From Schmidtea nova (lineage: Eukaryota): a DNA stretch of 64,000 nucleotides. A program made the translations under genes and the position numbers. Position 1 is the first letter of the stretch, and every line of letters begins with the position of its first letter. This document shows positions 1-10,800 of the stretch, one piece after another. The notes beneath the pieces are model-generated. The model saw only the letters and a list, made by a program, of their open reading frames with translations, did no database searches and was not told the origin of the DNA. The stretch lies in assembly GCA_044892505.1 (NCBI GenBank), contig CM097882.1:384090001-384154000 (forward strand). The letters run 5' to 3'.

Positions 1-409
1 CAAGGTTAAAAAAGAATTTAGAAAAGATTTCTGTTTTGAAAACAACTCTTTTTTCAAAACAATTTCAATCAACTCAAGAGGCAAAATAACAATCATTATT
101 GACAGATTAATTGCCTTAAAATTTAGTACATAAACTGACTGATTTTTCAGTCAAATCACCATTAAAATCTTACACAGTTAAGAAGAATTACAAATTCGGT
201 AAACGATTTGTAAATTAAAATCGAGCATACAAAATTTTGAAATCCGAGCTCAGGAAACTGCAAGCACTTACACACACATACATATACACACAAAATAACT
301 AAAAATTATTATCCTTGAGGTAATTTTTTATTTTCATCAAGTTTGTAATTGTTATAAATAAATAAAGTCTTTGAAAAGAACCAGTCTTGTCTTTTATTAA
401 TATAAGAAA

Positions 410-722
410 TATCAAGTTGAGATTCTCGGAACCTCAACAGCATCATTTAATTTCTTCCAATCATTTCCAATTCTCATTATATCAATCTGTTGTTATGCTC
501 TTCTGGCAGCTCCCTTTAAATACAGTGGCAGTCTTTGTACCATTATCGCTTGGCTCCATCCATAGGCGGTAGCATAGATGTAGTAATCTTCCATGAAATC
601 AACGAATTTCACCGGATCGCCTCCATATTGATTTACTGGCAGTTTTTGGCAGCTAGCATAGTCATTGCCATTTACGTTGCTTGTGGAATGTGCGTGTCAT
701 CATGACCGTTTGAGTTACTCAT
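410..722 (-). pseudogene. Gag N-terminal (capsid) fragment of a Ty3/Gypsy element, truncated and with stops
   Basis: Minus strand reads LPVNQYGGDPVKFVDFMEDYYIYATAYGWSQAIMVQRLPLYLKGAARRA*, closely matching the Gag at 37124 (LPVKAFSGDPGEFPEFMSEYYQMAKAYGYPDAIMIQRLPIYLKGMARE). It lies downstream of the PBS at 1153-1170. Confidence 0.85.
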
Positions 723-1152
723 TTTAATTTCTGGTTGTTTGTTACTTCTAAATTCGTAAAATGGTCGGTTTGGTACAACTTTTACTCATCTAAATTTTAA
801 TATATCAATTATAAAATTTATCTTTTATTTTAATTTTCAACCGTAAAAATTTTTCCACAATTTTTCAGCAAACTCTTCTAAATTCTTGGTTCACTTTACC
901 GACTATGCTCATGTCGGAATTTAATTAAATTTTCTTGATCAATTAATTTTCAGTTTTCTACAATATGCCACACACTTTTTACCAATTTCACAATTTTACA
1001 ACTTTTTTAAATTTCACTAATAATTTTAAATTTCTCCTTAAATAACTTTCAATGATTCAGATCTCGTTGGAATTTTACAGCAACTTTTAATTTTTCTTCA
1101 ACAATTGACAATAAGAATATAATTTCTTTTTGAAAATGATTCACCGACTTTG

Positions 1153-1170
1153 ATCACGCCGGGCTCACCA
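1153..1170 (-). promoter_or_regulatory. Primer-binding site complementary to the tRNA-Trp 3' end
   Basis: Minus strand TGGTGAGCCCGGCGTGAT, 4 nt from an LTR end (...CCCAACA). The established tRNA-Trp PBS is TGGTGACCCCGACGTGAT. Confidence 0.85.
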
Positions 1171-1174
1171 AATA

Positions 1175-1998
1175 TGTTGGGTTATTAATGTGAAATATGT
1201 ATGAAGTAAATTAGACCCAACACAGTAATCTTTATTTTTCAACTCAATCAGAAATTTTTAATTCACAGGAAGTTAGAATATTTGTCTGCACTCTTCTGCG
1301 TTAGGGTAGAACACATAATGGATATCTCTTTTTCTGGTACGCAAGAAGATCGAGTAAATTCAAATTCTACCTTTAGTTTTCTCTTAGAGTTTCCTCCTCT
1401 CGCTTCCACTAGTTTGCTCAATTTATTATTCTCAAAATTTATCTTTGACTACTCTGGCCTCGACAAACTGGTTTCGGCCATATGGCAATATCGGCAAATA
1501 GCCATCTGTTTATATATTGCCTTTTCCTGTCATCATGTTGCCCTAATTGGATCTATCAAAATAAAATAATCAAATTGCCTCTGCCACTGCCTAATTGAAT
1601 TTTACTGACAATAGGTTTGCGTCTTTTCCTGGGGCATCTTTTGCTCATCCAATTTATTTGAATAATAAATTATGATTTTGTTTGATGACCCTGGTTTTCC
1701 ACATCGCTCGGGTTTCCCATTAGGCAAATAATTATTTTTAATTAATTTGTATTTTTTTAATATTTCTTTCTAGTAGTCCCCTTTTAATTTTATAAACCCA
1801 TATTTGAATTTGTCTCATCACTTGGCATCCTCCAATACCAGTTTCCCCCGATGAATCTTTATTTTTGAATTTTATAAATTTTTAATTAATGTTTGCACTT
1901 TAATTATTATTTTTCCAATTTTCGTATTTTTATCAAACTTCACATAGTTTTTGTGCTTTTTAATTTTTTATTTCAAGCCTGTTCAGCCATCGCCGACA
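1175..1998 (-). mobile_element. 5' LTR (~824 bp) of a minus-strand Gypsy element, inserted into the hAT relic
   Basis: Termini TGTCGG...CCCAACA, followed by the PBS and gag. Shares motifs (GCGTACCAGAAA, AATAAAGATTACTGTGTTGGGTCT, the GGAAACCCGAGC repeats) with the LTRs at 58027 and 59130. The right boundary is inferred from the TG terminus and the abutting hAT CDS. Confidence 0.7.
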
Positions 1999-2289
1999 GT
2001 ATTAATGCATCCACCAATTCACGAATTGTTGTCATATAGTAGTCGTTAAAATAATTTGTGCAATTTAGGTCTCTTAAAACTTTTTTAATACTGTCGTGTA
2101 GTTTGATGAATCGTTCTAGCATAACCACTATAGTATTCCACCTAACTTTAAAGTCAAGTATTAAATTTAATTCATTTCCATGTTGAATGTTTACATAAGT
2201 TTGTAAAATTGAGTTCTTGACCGATGAGAATCTACTTTTAGACTACTTTTAGAACGCTTTTAAAAGTTTCTTCGAAATCATAACGTAAT
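1999..2289 (-). pseudogene. hAT transposase fragment (3' part, after the 3.2-kb insertion)
   Basis: Minus strand SSVKNSILQTYVNIQHGNELNLILDFKVRWNTIVVMLERFIKLHDSIKKVLRDL, containing the hAT D..(T/V)RWN...ML.R motif. Confidence 0.85.
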
Positions 2290-2694
2290 ACAGGAGTTTT
2301 ATCTGATTCTGATATAAATTGTTGGGCTAGCCAAAACACAGAATAAAAACCCTGAATAAGATAAGTAAAAACATAATAAAAATAGAAAAAATTAACAACA
2401 AACCCACAGTGTTCAGCAATCCGAATCATCGAGATCTGAACAATAATAATAATAACAATAGATGAACAATAAATCATCAGAAAACCTACCCAAGCAAGAC
2501 GCGTGAGTCAACGCGAATAACCAAAAAATGACAGCGCGTAGGTGTACCGCGCGTTAATATAATGAAAATCTAAAATAAATCGGTCAGTACAACTATAAAC
2601 ACAAAGCAATACAAGAAAATACCTGACCAAACACGCAGAAAAATAATACCGTTACAAATAAAATACACAACGCATATGAGAGAAAAGGACGATT

Positions 2695-2862
2695 CTGATT
2701 GGTTGATGACCAATCGAAATTACTATATAAGCAGCAGCCAAAATCAGTACAGAGAGTCATTTTTTACCAAGTATTATTTTCTGTTACGAACTGATAACTT
2801 GCGACAAGTGTAATTCTGTAAAACCTTGTGATCAAGAATTGAAATCGAAATAAAAGGTACGT
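2695..2862 (+). promoter_or_regulatory. Promoter (CCAAT, TATA, Inr), then AATAAA abutting a splice donor
   Basis: CTGATTGG, CCAAT, TATATAA at 2724-2730, TCAGT at ~2744, and GAAATAAAAG|GTACG with donor GT at 2857. The same order recurs at 53284-53435. Confidence 0.6.
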
Positions 2863-3744
2863 TGATTTGAATTATATTATGATTATAAACCCTCATGATT
2901 AAACTTAATAAGGCTGTCCCGAAGGTCATCCGATCTGACGGGATTCTCGGGCCTCTCAGCTCAACACATTTTCATGTGAGGGCTGATGCGGCGACCGAAT
3001 AAGTTTTCTAAACTTAGTAGGGGGGGTACACATAGGCATTGTTATTCTACCCTGTTGACATCGTAGTACAGTACGCAGACAGCCAGGTTTGGGGAATGAT
3101 CATCAAAGTGTAGCGGAGTCATCTCAGTGGAAGGAGACAATGAGTACCCCAGAAAGTCAAGGCCTTGAAACAAGTATACGTACGACATATAAACAAATTG
3201 AATAACGTTTAGATGTAGAGGAGTATCATTTCTACTTCATTAGACATAACATAACTATGAAATATTCCGAGATAAAGATGACCGCAAAGGAGCATTGTGT
3301 CGTAGGGGGTCAATTACCAATAATTAAGGTATCAATCTGAAAAACCCTACGCCCAAAAATATCACTTGTCTTGAGAGTAACGCCTGATATGACCAGTATT
3401 GATTACAATAATAAATGATGCAGCGTGAGATGATGATAACTGAGACGTTGAAGTCGATCACTAGTATGAATGCTACTACGCGACATTGTAAACGGTGAAT
3501 ATTGATGAGCCAACACATAACCAACAAATGTGAGTGGGCCTACCACTGAATATAATAAGATTACGTATTAACTAAACCATTAGTTTAAAAAATGGATAAC
3601 CAAAAGATGAATGAGATGCAAGTAAGCAAAATTTTTACTAATGAAATATGAGATAATGATGTGATAATGGGATGATTTGGATGATGGATGCATGCGGGAT
3701 TGATAACCCAGACAAGACTGAGATAATTTGATACTATAATTCAG

Positions 3745-4290
3745 ATGACGTCGAAAGGAAGAGTACACCCCCGGCGAGGTCAGCCACGGAAGCCAACATT
3801 TTTAGATGCCGATCCAATTCCAGAACTGATTAGGAGGTCCGCAGGACGCATCTTTGGGCGTAGATGCGGCATCACGTGGATGCAAACGTACGATCGGTGA
3901 CATCCTCATTCGATATACGGATTCGGTGGGAAGGAGACCCATCGTGGCCGGTGTTCCCGGGCGTTCTGACCAAGGGACGGAGAAGATGGTTTATTCAATT
4001 TGAGGACGAGCAGGCCAGGCCACGGTGGATACTTTCATTTAGCCCCATATCTGGCCAGGAGCTCCGTCAGTTGGGTTACATCCTATTGGATCAACCGAGG
4101 TGCATCCGCACCGGCGAATTCCAACCCTATCTCAACGCTCCCGGAAATCGGGATATGAATCAACATCAGTAGAGAGATGGAATACGATTGTGGGAGGTGT
4201 TCACCTTCCAGGATGGACTCTGTTGGAATCCGTGCCCAGAGATCTATCAAGAAGATGGAAAAGGATTGGACAATCGGGATTGTGATCAAG
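3745..4290 (+). pseudogene. ORF1 of the 3-kb element (unknown protein; frameshifted, with stops)
   Basis: Acceptor TTCAG|ATG at 3745. Peptides RIRWEGDPSWP and LGYILLDQPRCIRTGEFQPYLNAPGNRD match copy 2 (RIRWEGDPVWP; LGYTFIGPLRCIKTGKVRPYINSPGHRD). Confidence 0.65.
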
Positions 4291-4558
4291 ATCTAGTCGA
4301 ATTCCTATGAATATCTGCAACATTGTCATAATAAAGTGCCTGCGTTTCATATCTAATAAAGAAATGATTTGTCGATTGTGTTATTAATTGAATGCATGTG
4401 GTGAAAATGTGTAACGTCGTTAGACTGATTGGTGACCTTAGGGGTAGAACCTATCTACCGAAAACTGGCAACTATGATGATACATAAAGGGGGAAATGTG
4501 CGACATATGCGGAACCATGGATATAGAGAAAATACTAATCTGCCCACTTTTCCTTTAG

Positions 4559-5119
4559 ATGCATGCAGTAAAGAGTCGTGACTACCAGGAAGAGGCAAGG
4601 GAATCTCGGAAGCGAGCAAAAGCCCTAGAAGCCCGGCTAAGACAGTTGGATACCGAGTTACGGTTAATCAAGACGACTTGGTTTCACCCGGAATGAGTAA
4701 AGGAAATCCAGCAAGCCAGATACCGGGCTGAAAGAACAATAGATGAGCAGGCGCGAGAAACTGCCGCTATCAAGTTAGAATTGAGCAACTACTTGCGAGC
4801 CTCCACCAAAGATTTTATTGAACAACAGTTGAGACCGCTCATCCGCACGAGTACGTTTGATCGATAGGTGAAGGCAACCAGCATCTCAATGGGAGTGCAG
4901 ACCGACGCAAACCCAAACCCGAGTCCAGACACTTTGGAAAAGGTTCGGCAACCAGAAGGATCTAAACGCACCAAAAGAAGGAATCGATTAGGTGCCAAGA
5001 GGCGTCGGGAAAGGCGAGCCTATGCCGAGAAGCTGCGGATAGAAGTCAATTTTTTAAGCGGCTTAACCGAGAGACAATTATTGGATGTGATGAATCCTGA
5101 AGTGTTATTACCCAAATAA
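4559..5119 (+). pseudogene. ORF2 of the 3-kb element: coiled coil + Arg-rich motif + Leu-rich tail (186 aa, two premature stops)
   Basis: CTAAT...CCTTTAG|ATG at 4559; one frame to TAA at 5119 with two internal stops. EGSKRTKRRNRLGAKRRRERRAYAE is identical in copy 2. Confidence 0.75.
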
Positions 5120-5519
5120 ATGTTCTACGTAACAAATTGTGTTTTTATGAATGAATGTGGAACGAATGATGATCTAATTAAACGAATAACTAAATCTAAA
5201 TCATTTATGCCAAAGGACATGGGGAATATCAATCAACCCTAGGCAGTGAATTTAATTAAATGAGAAGGGACCGGAATAAAACGACACATACCTTCTATCG
5301 GTAGTGGTGGACCCGTGAATAAATAAGGGAATAGTAGCCGCAAGGTTGCTCACCTGCCTTATCATTTCACAACGTTGATACAGTTCCAAGATGATGAGTA
5401 GTTAGAGATACATCATGGGTATTAGCGGGGGAAAGCGTTTTTATGTTGGCGAGATCACCCTAACCAATAATATCAAGTATGATCTCGGTTGAAATATTCG
5501 ACCAACAAACCAGCAAAAT

Positions 5520-6250
5520 GAAGAACACAAAAGTTTATCCGAATCAGAACAATTGTTATCACTCACTCCAACTGGAATCACTAGATGATTGAACTTCATT
5601 ATTATTTTCAGTCTTCTTTTTTATAAATAGTATCAAGTACAGCCAAATAAATACCGTGATTGTAACACAGCTGATGATAATATTGTGATATTCGTCCAAA
5701 TTTAAGCAAAAGAGATGCTCCGTCAGTTGATGACGCCACGATATCGTTCGGTGATAGATTAAATTTGGCAAGCCTTTTATCAAATAAGCTAACAGCCACT
5801 TCAGCAGGGCAACTGCTATCAATCTTGATGAGATCTAAATGTATTATATTTCCACTGAAAAAAATTAGGTTAACATTCAGATATCTTTGATTTCTCAAAC
5901 TTGACCACTCATCTAAAGTAAGAGAAAATCGAGTTCCGTTTTTTTGTAGTTTCCCAATTTGTCAATAACTACGTTTCTTGCAAATTCAAAATAATAATGA
6001 AATAAATTCATAACATTTTTCCTATCTTTCGGTAAATCCTAATCTCAGGAACTAAGAGATTGTCGAATTAATTGACTACTACAGATAGCCTTTTTAGTCA
6101 ATCCATCCAATGCAACTAGTCTTGCAACAATTTCCGACGACTCTCTTTTGGCTTAACTAAGAATCGATGGTTGCTGTTGAACTATTTTTTTGGCAAAATT
6201 TCATCTTCTTGATATTTTCTTTTATTAATATTAATGTTTGCAACGAAAGT
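5520..6250 (-). pseudogene. hAT transposase fragment (5'/catalytic part)
   Basis: Reads FSLTLDEWSSLRNQRYLNVN, IVASSTDGASLL and CYNHGIYLAVLD, i.e. the hAT first Asp, TDG and C..H motifs. Confidence 0.9.
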
Positions 6251-6270
6251 AAATTTTTTATGTTTCAAGA

Positions 6271-6666
6271 ATGAACTTCATTGCATTGATTCAAACCAAC
6301 GAAGAAAATGACATCACTGAAATACCAAATGGACATTATGCCCATTTACCTGTCAAAAACGCGGAAAATTTTTTCGATCCAAACAATGGCGAAGGTACGA
6401 TCGGTGACATCCTCATTCGATATACGGATTCGGTGGGAAGGAGACAATGTAGAATGTTGCTAAGCAGAAAAACAAAAAAATGGGAAACTCATCGAAGTCT
6501 TCTAGACTCTTATCTCTGTGAATTCGTATGGAGACAGAAACAAAGGAAATGATTTGTTTGACTGTATATTGCGCGATTTAGTATTGTATAATCCGTCAAA
6601 GTAAATTATGTTTTATATAATATTCAATAAGGGGGGTTTAGAAGAGCCTGTTATTTTCTTCGAACC
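6271..6666 (+). mobile_element. Merlin/IS1016 (ISXO2-like) transposase C-terminal fragment with probable right end
   Basis: H.PV.N.ENFFDP..G and LLDSYLCEFVWR fit the ISXO2-type C-terminal motif. The end at 6666 (GTTATTTTCTTCGAACC) is TIR-like. Confidence 0.65.
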
Positions 6667-7870
6667 AAACAATAACATAATTAGATTTCGCTTGAATGAA
6701 ATTTAAATCAAATGCCACAGGAATTTCGTATAGTCGTACTAATGCCTACGAATAAATTAACGTTTCGTTAAACTAAATTATTGATGATCACCGAACCCAG
6801 TTTCCAATCTACTTGCTTGAATTTATCTATATCCTCGTGGTTCCAAATGAATAGAAAAATATATTTTATTTAATGTACACTTAGTCCTCGATTTACACGG
6901 TAGATTGGTTCTTCAAAAATGCCGTGTAAATTGAAATCATGTAACTTGAAACCCTACAATTAGTAATTAAACCTACTTTATTGAAAAAATGTGTTGAATC
7001 TAATGTACAAAGAATACATTCTTCAAGTTTCTTTTTAATAAAACTAATATATTTTGATATTATAAGCATGTGTTTTCGTATTTCTTCAACAGTGTTAAGC
7101 CGAAACAGTGCAAATCGAGGGCTAAGTGTAATATGATTAGTTATTATGATACATTTATAACTTCAGCATTTTGATTTTAGGATTCTGATCTTATCATTAT
7201 CAATATGTAAGTGCCTATCATTATCATCGTGTTCATTTAGAGATTTTAACCTATATAGTTTAATATAGTTAGTTATTTTCACGATTTTGATTTCATCATG
7301 TTTAATCAAATTGTGAAGCATATACTAATTATTAATCCATTCAATTTTAGTCCCATGAAACATTTATATGCATTTTAACTTTCCATACATTTTTGCCAAT
7401 TCAAAATTTAATTTAAAAATAACTTGTCGAGATTTTGACTGTCGGAAATCAATCAGTTTCTGCTGCCTCATATTCTTATATTAAGATTTATTTACTATAT
7501 CTCAGGTCATATATGTTTTCATTATGAGCTAATTTGATCTCTTCGTGACCTGGGCAGACGCGGCACCCACCTTAAATTTACACTGATTACAGTTAAACTA
7601 AATCTGAAATCTATTAAATGCAACAATTTAAAATTATTCAATGCAAATATTTATTAAAGAAAAATTCAGATCATCGAATAAAACATTTATCTACTTTACA
7701 GAATTTCAGCATACAAAAGTCACACAATGATCAACTATTTATTTATTATCAATTTGACTTAAAAATTATTTTATTAAATAAAGATTCTAAATGAAGCCTT
7801 AAATAAAGAAGTCTTGGCAAAATCAATAGTGCTCAATTATAACAATCTGCTACATTTGTCAAACTCCGAG

Positions 7871-10800
7871 TCAAGAAATATAGGCATATTCTGCCTTATT
7901 ATGCATTATTAACGCATTATTTACAAAATAGAAACTGTCGGATTTAGTTTCATAAGGATTGCTGATCATTTCTTCCACTGTAAACATTAACAATTGTAAT
8001 TCATAATCTAGTCAATAGGCATTTACCTTCTGAATCAGTAAGGGCTGGAAATTCATAAATATGCTCAACAGTATTCTCTGAATCGGGCATAATAAATCCG
8101 AAATCAAAGTCAAAACTTTTCAATAATTTATCTTTGAAATAATGACGCTCAATCATGCGGAAATTCTTTATTTCTTCATTGCCAACTATGAATTCTACAC
8201 TAAATTGGATTTATTAATTACAAATATTTTTAATTTAAAGTGCGTTAAAAATTAATTAAATTTTATAATTACATGAAAAAACTGTGTAAATTAAAAATAT
8301 ACCGTAAATTTATTTCTATTTTCACTGCCGAATTTCTCTTAGGGCAATTTTGCTTGTGGTACTGAATTAATTTCAACTTAGTTATTTTTAGTGTTATTAA
8401 TGTTAATTCGCTTAAATGAGGCATTTATCATAATGGAACATTTGTAATGGACGTTATCTCTCTCAGTACATCCTTTGTGATTTATACCCATCTAAAGCGC
8501 ATCCTTAATTGGTAGCAAATATATTTAATACTATACTTGTTTAAAAAATAAGCGTTTTATGACAGATGTCATTCATTGAAAAAATATTACTTCGTTTTAA
8601 TATTTGATGCTCCATAGTGATCGAAGAATATTAGAATGAAACATAAAAATTAAGCAGACTGAGTATTAAATTGATTCCATAAAAGAGGCGAACAAAAGTT
8701 AGTAGGTTGTAATTTGACCTTATCCAACTGTTGTCTTTGTCATAGCTTATTGGATGCTTCTTAAGAAAAATTGCAGTGAAAAATCTTCGAAAATCACATT
8801 TACAATCGGATCTTTTTTTCATTATTTTATCACATTTTCAATATTTTATTTTATTTTATCAATTTCTAATTTTTTTTACTTAAACGTTTATTAATATTTC
8901 TATGTCGCATATTTCCAAAAGAAAGTTTTAAACTAAAAGCTTTTATAATAAACTTAAATTTCAAAACATTAGTTAGTTATTTTTGTAAAAAATTATTTTG
9001 GCATGAAACCTGCTTCAATGAATGCAAATATTTATAGCGGCGGATTAACTTAATAAATTTTGGTTTATTTATCACAATTGTGAGCATGATTATTATTACG
9101 CTCTGTAGGATAATGTCCACGAGTCATAAAAAATAATATGGAGCATCAATACTCTTTCAAATAAATGGCTCGTCTCTCCACCTATGAATTAGGCTCCCGT
9201 GTTAGGCAGATGTTACACATGGTCCCACTATAACAATGAAACATGAATTCATTTATTTTTAACAACGACAGTAATATGATCAAATGTTTTGATAACCGCC
9301 GCCAGTTTTTCAGTTGCAAATTTTCGAGGCTTACTAAATATGGCAACACGAAACTATCAGTTTACCATTAAAAATGTAAATAATTAATACATGCTGGAAC
9401 AGTTTAAATTTGTATTGAAATTTCAGTATTTCAAACATAATCAGGTGTTGAGAATCGTTCTTACTATCAAATATTTTAAGACATTCATCAATAATGAAAA
9501 TTCGAGAAATAATTGATGAAATTTCTAATAAATTTGCGTCTTCCTTTTATATTGTTTTAATAATAAAATGCAAAATAGTTTTGATTCAAAGAGATACTTA
9601 ATAAATTTTATCGAAAACTGTTCCGTCAACTATCAAAATTGTCAAATCTAGAGATTTCCGATTATGAGTCTGATTCAGCAAAATTGTGTTCCATCTAAAC
9701 TGCCAAAGACTCAAATGAGATAAAAATAAATATTTTTTTTCAAAACCTAAATCACTAACGGATCCCTGTCATTGTTGTGTGTGTGTGTGTGATAGGGCTT
9801 TCCTTAGACTTGAATAGAAATAAAAAAGTTAAAGTTATTTTATATTTGAAATAAGACACATAAAATGTAAAATAGTTTTGATTCAAAGAGACTTAATAAA
9901 TATATCAAAAACTGTTCCGTCAACTATCACAATTGTCAAATTTAGAGATTTTTCAATTATGACTCTCATTCAGCAAAATTGTGTTCCATCTCAATTGCCA
10001 AAGACTCAAATGAGATAAAAAAATAAATATTTTTTTCAAAACCTAAGCCGCTAAANNNNNNNNNNNNNNNNNNNNNNNNNNNNNNNNNNNNNNNNNNNNN
10101 NNNNNNNNNNNNNNNNNNNNNNNNNNNNNNNNNNNNNNNNNNNNNNNNNNNNNNNNNNNNNNNNNNNNNNNNNNNNNNNNNNNNNNNNNNNNNNNNNNNN
10201 NNNNNNNNNNNNNNNNAAAAGTTAGGAGTTATTTTATATTTGAAATAAGATACATAGTTTATTTTAATATATTAATATTTAATTTCAGTTATTCGGAAAT
10301 TTTAATATAAAAAGTTTGTTTCATTGGAATTTAGAAATGTTTTCGGCCTTTACTTTTAAAAAGAGGTAGAAAAGAAAGAAATAATTCAACAGATTAAAGA
10401 AGTATATGAATGAGAGGCTTCTTCAAGCGCAACAATATATAACTGGATTAGGAAGTTTTCGTCCGGCAGAACAACGAATTTTGACAATCAAATAAGTGGA
10501 AAATCAGTCGAGAATGGAGGAGAAAATTGAAGGAAATTGTATCTAAGCATTAGAAAATCACACAAATGGAATTATCTGTAAAACTAAATGTTTGCAAGAG
10601 AATAATAACATAATCAGCATGGAACAAAATTTGAAAAAATAAAAAAGCAGGATTAGGTACTTTAATGGCTAATATAATTTTTAAATTTAAATTAATTTCT
10701 TTTTCGAATTTAAAATTATCAAATGACGTAATTAAATAATGGTAAGTTTTTAAGGTAAATTTTTTATTTCATCAAGCAAATTCAATTATCATACGAATAA

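Larger units (their letters stand above)
2290..5515 (+). mobile_element. 3.2-kb TG...CA element with 4-bp TSD (giant solo-LTR-like), copy 1
   Basis: Starts TGTTGGG and ends CCAGCA, flanked by AAAT at 2286-2289 and 5516-5519. It splits the hAT transposase, is collinear with 52928-55864, and has no internal direct repeats, PBS, PPT or pol. Confidence 0.85.

Noticed and set aside
2917-3000. Hammerhead or HDV-like ribozyme (CTGATGCGGCGACCGAAT)
   Set aside because: The core reads CUGAUGC rather than CUGANGA, GAAA is absent in copy 2, and I could not build the HDV nested pseudoknot.
8631-8822. ORF as a missing UNC119 exon
   Set aside because: No UNC119 similarity; exon 3 (16597-16489) joins exon 4 (8199) exactly in phase with the conserved GATVEF.
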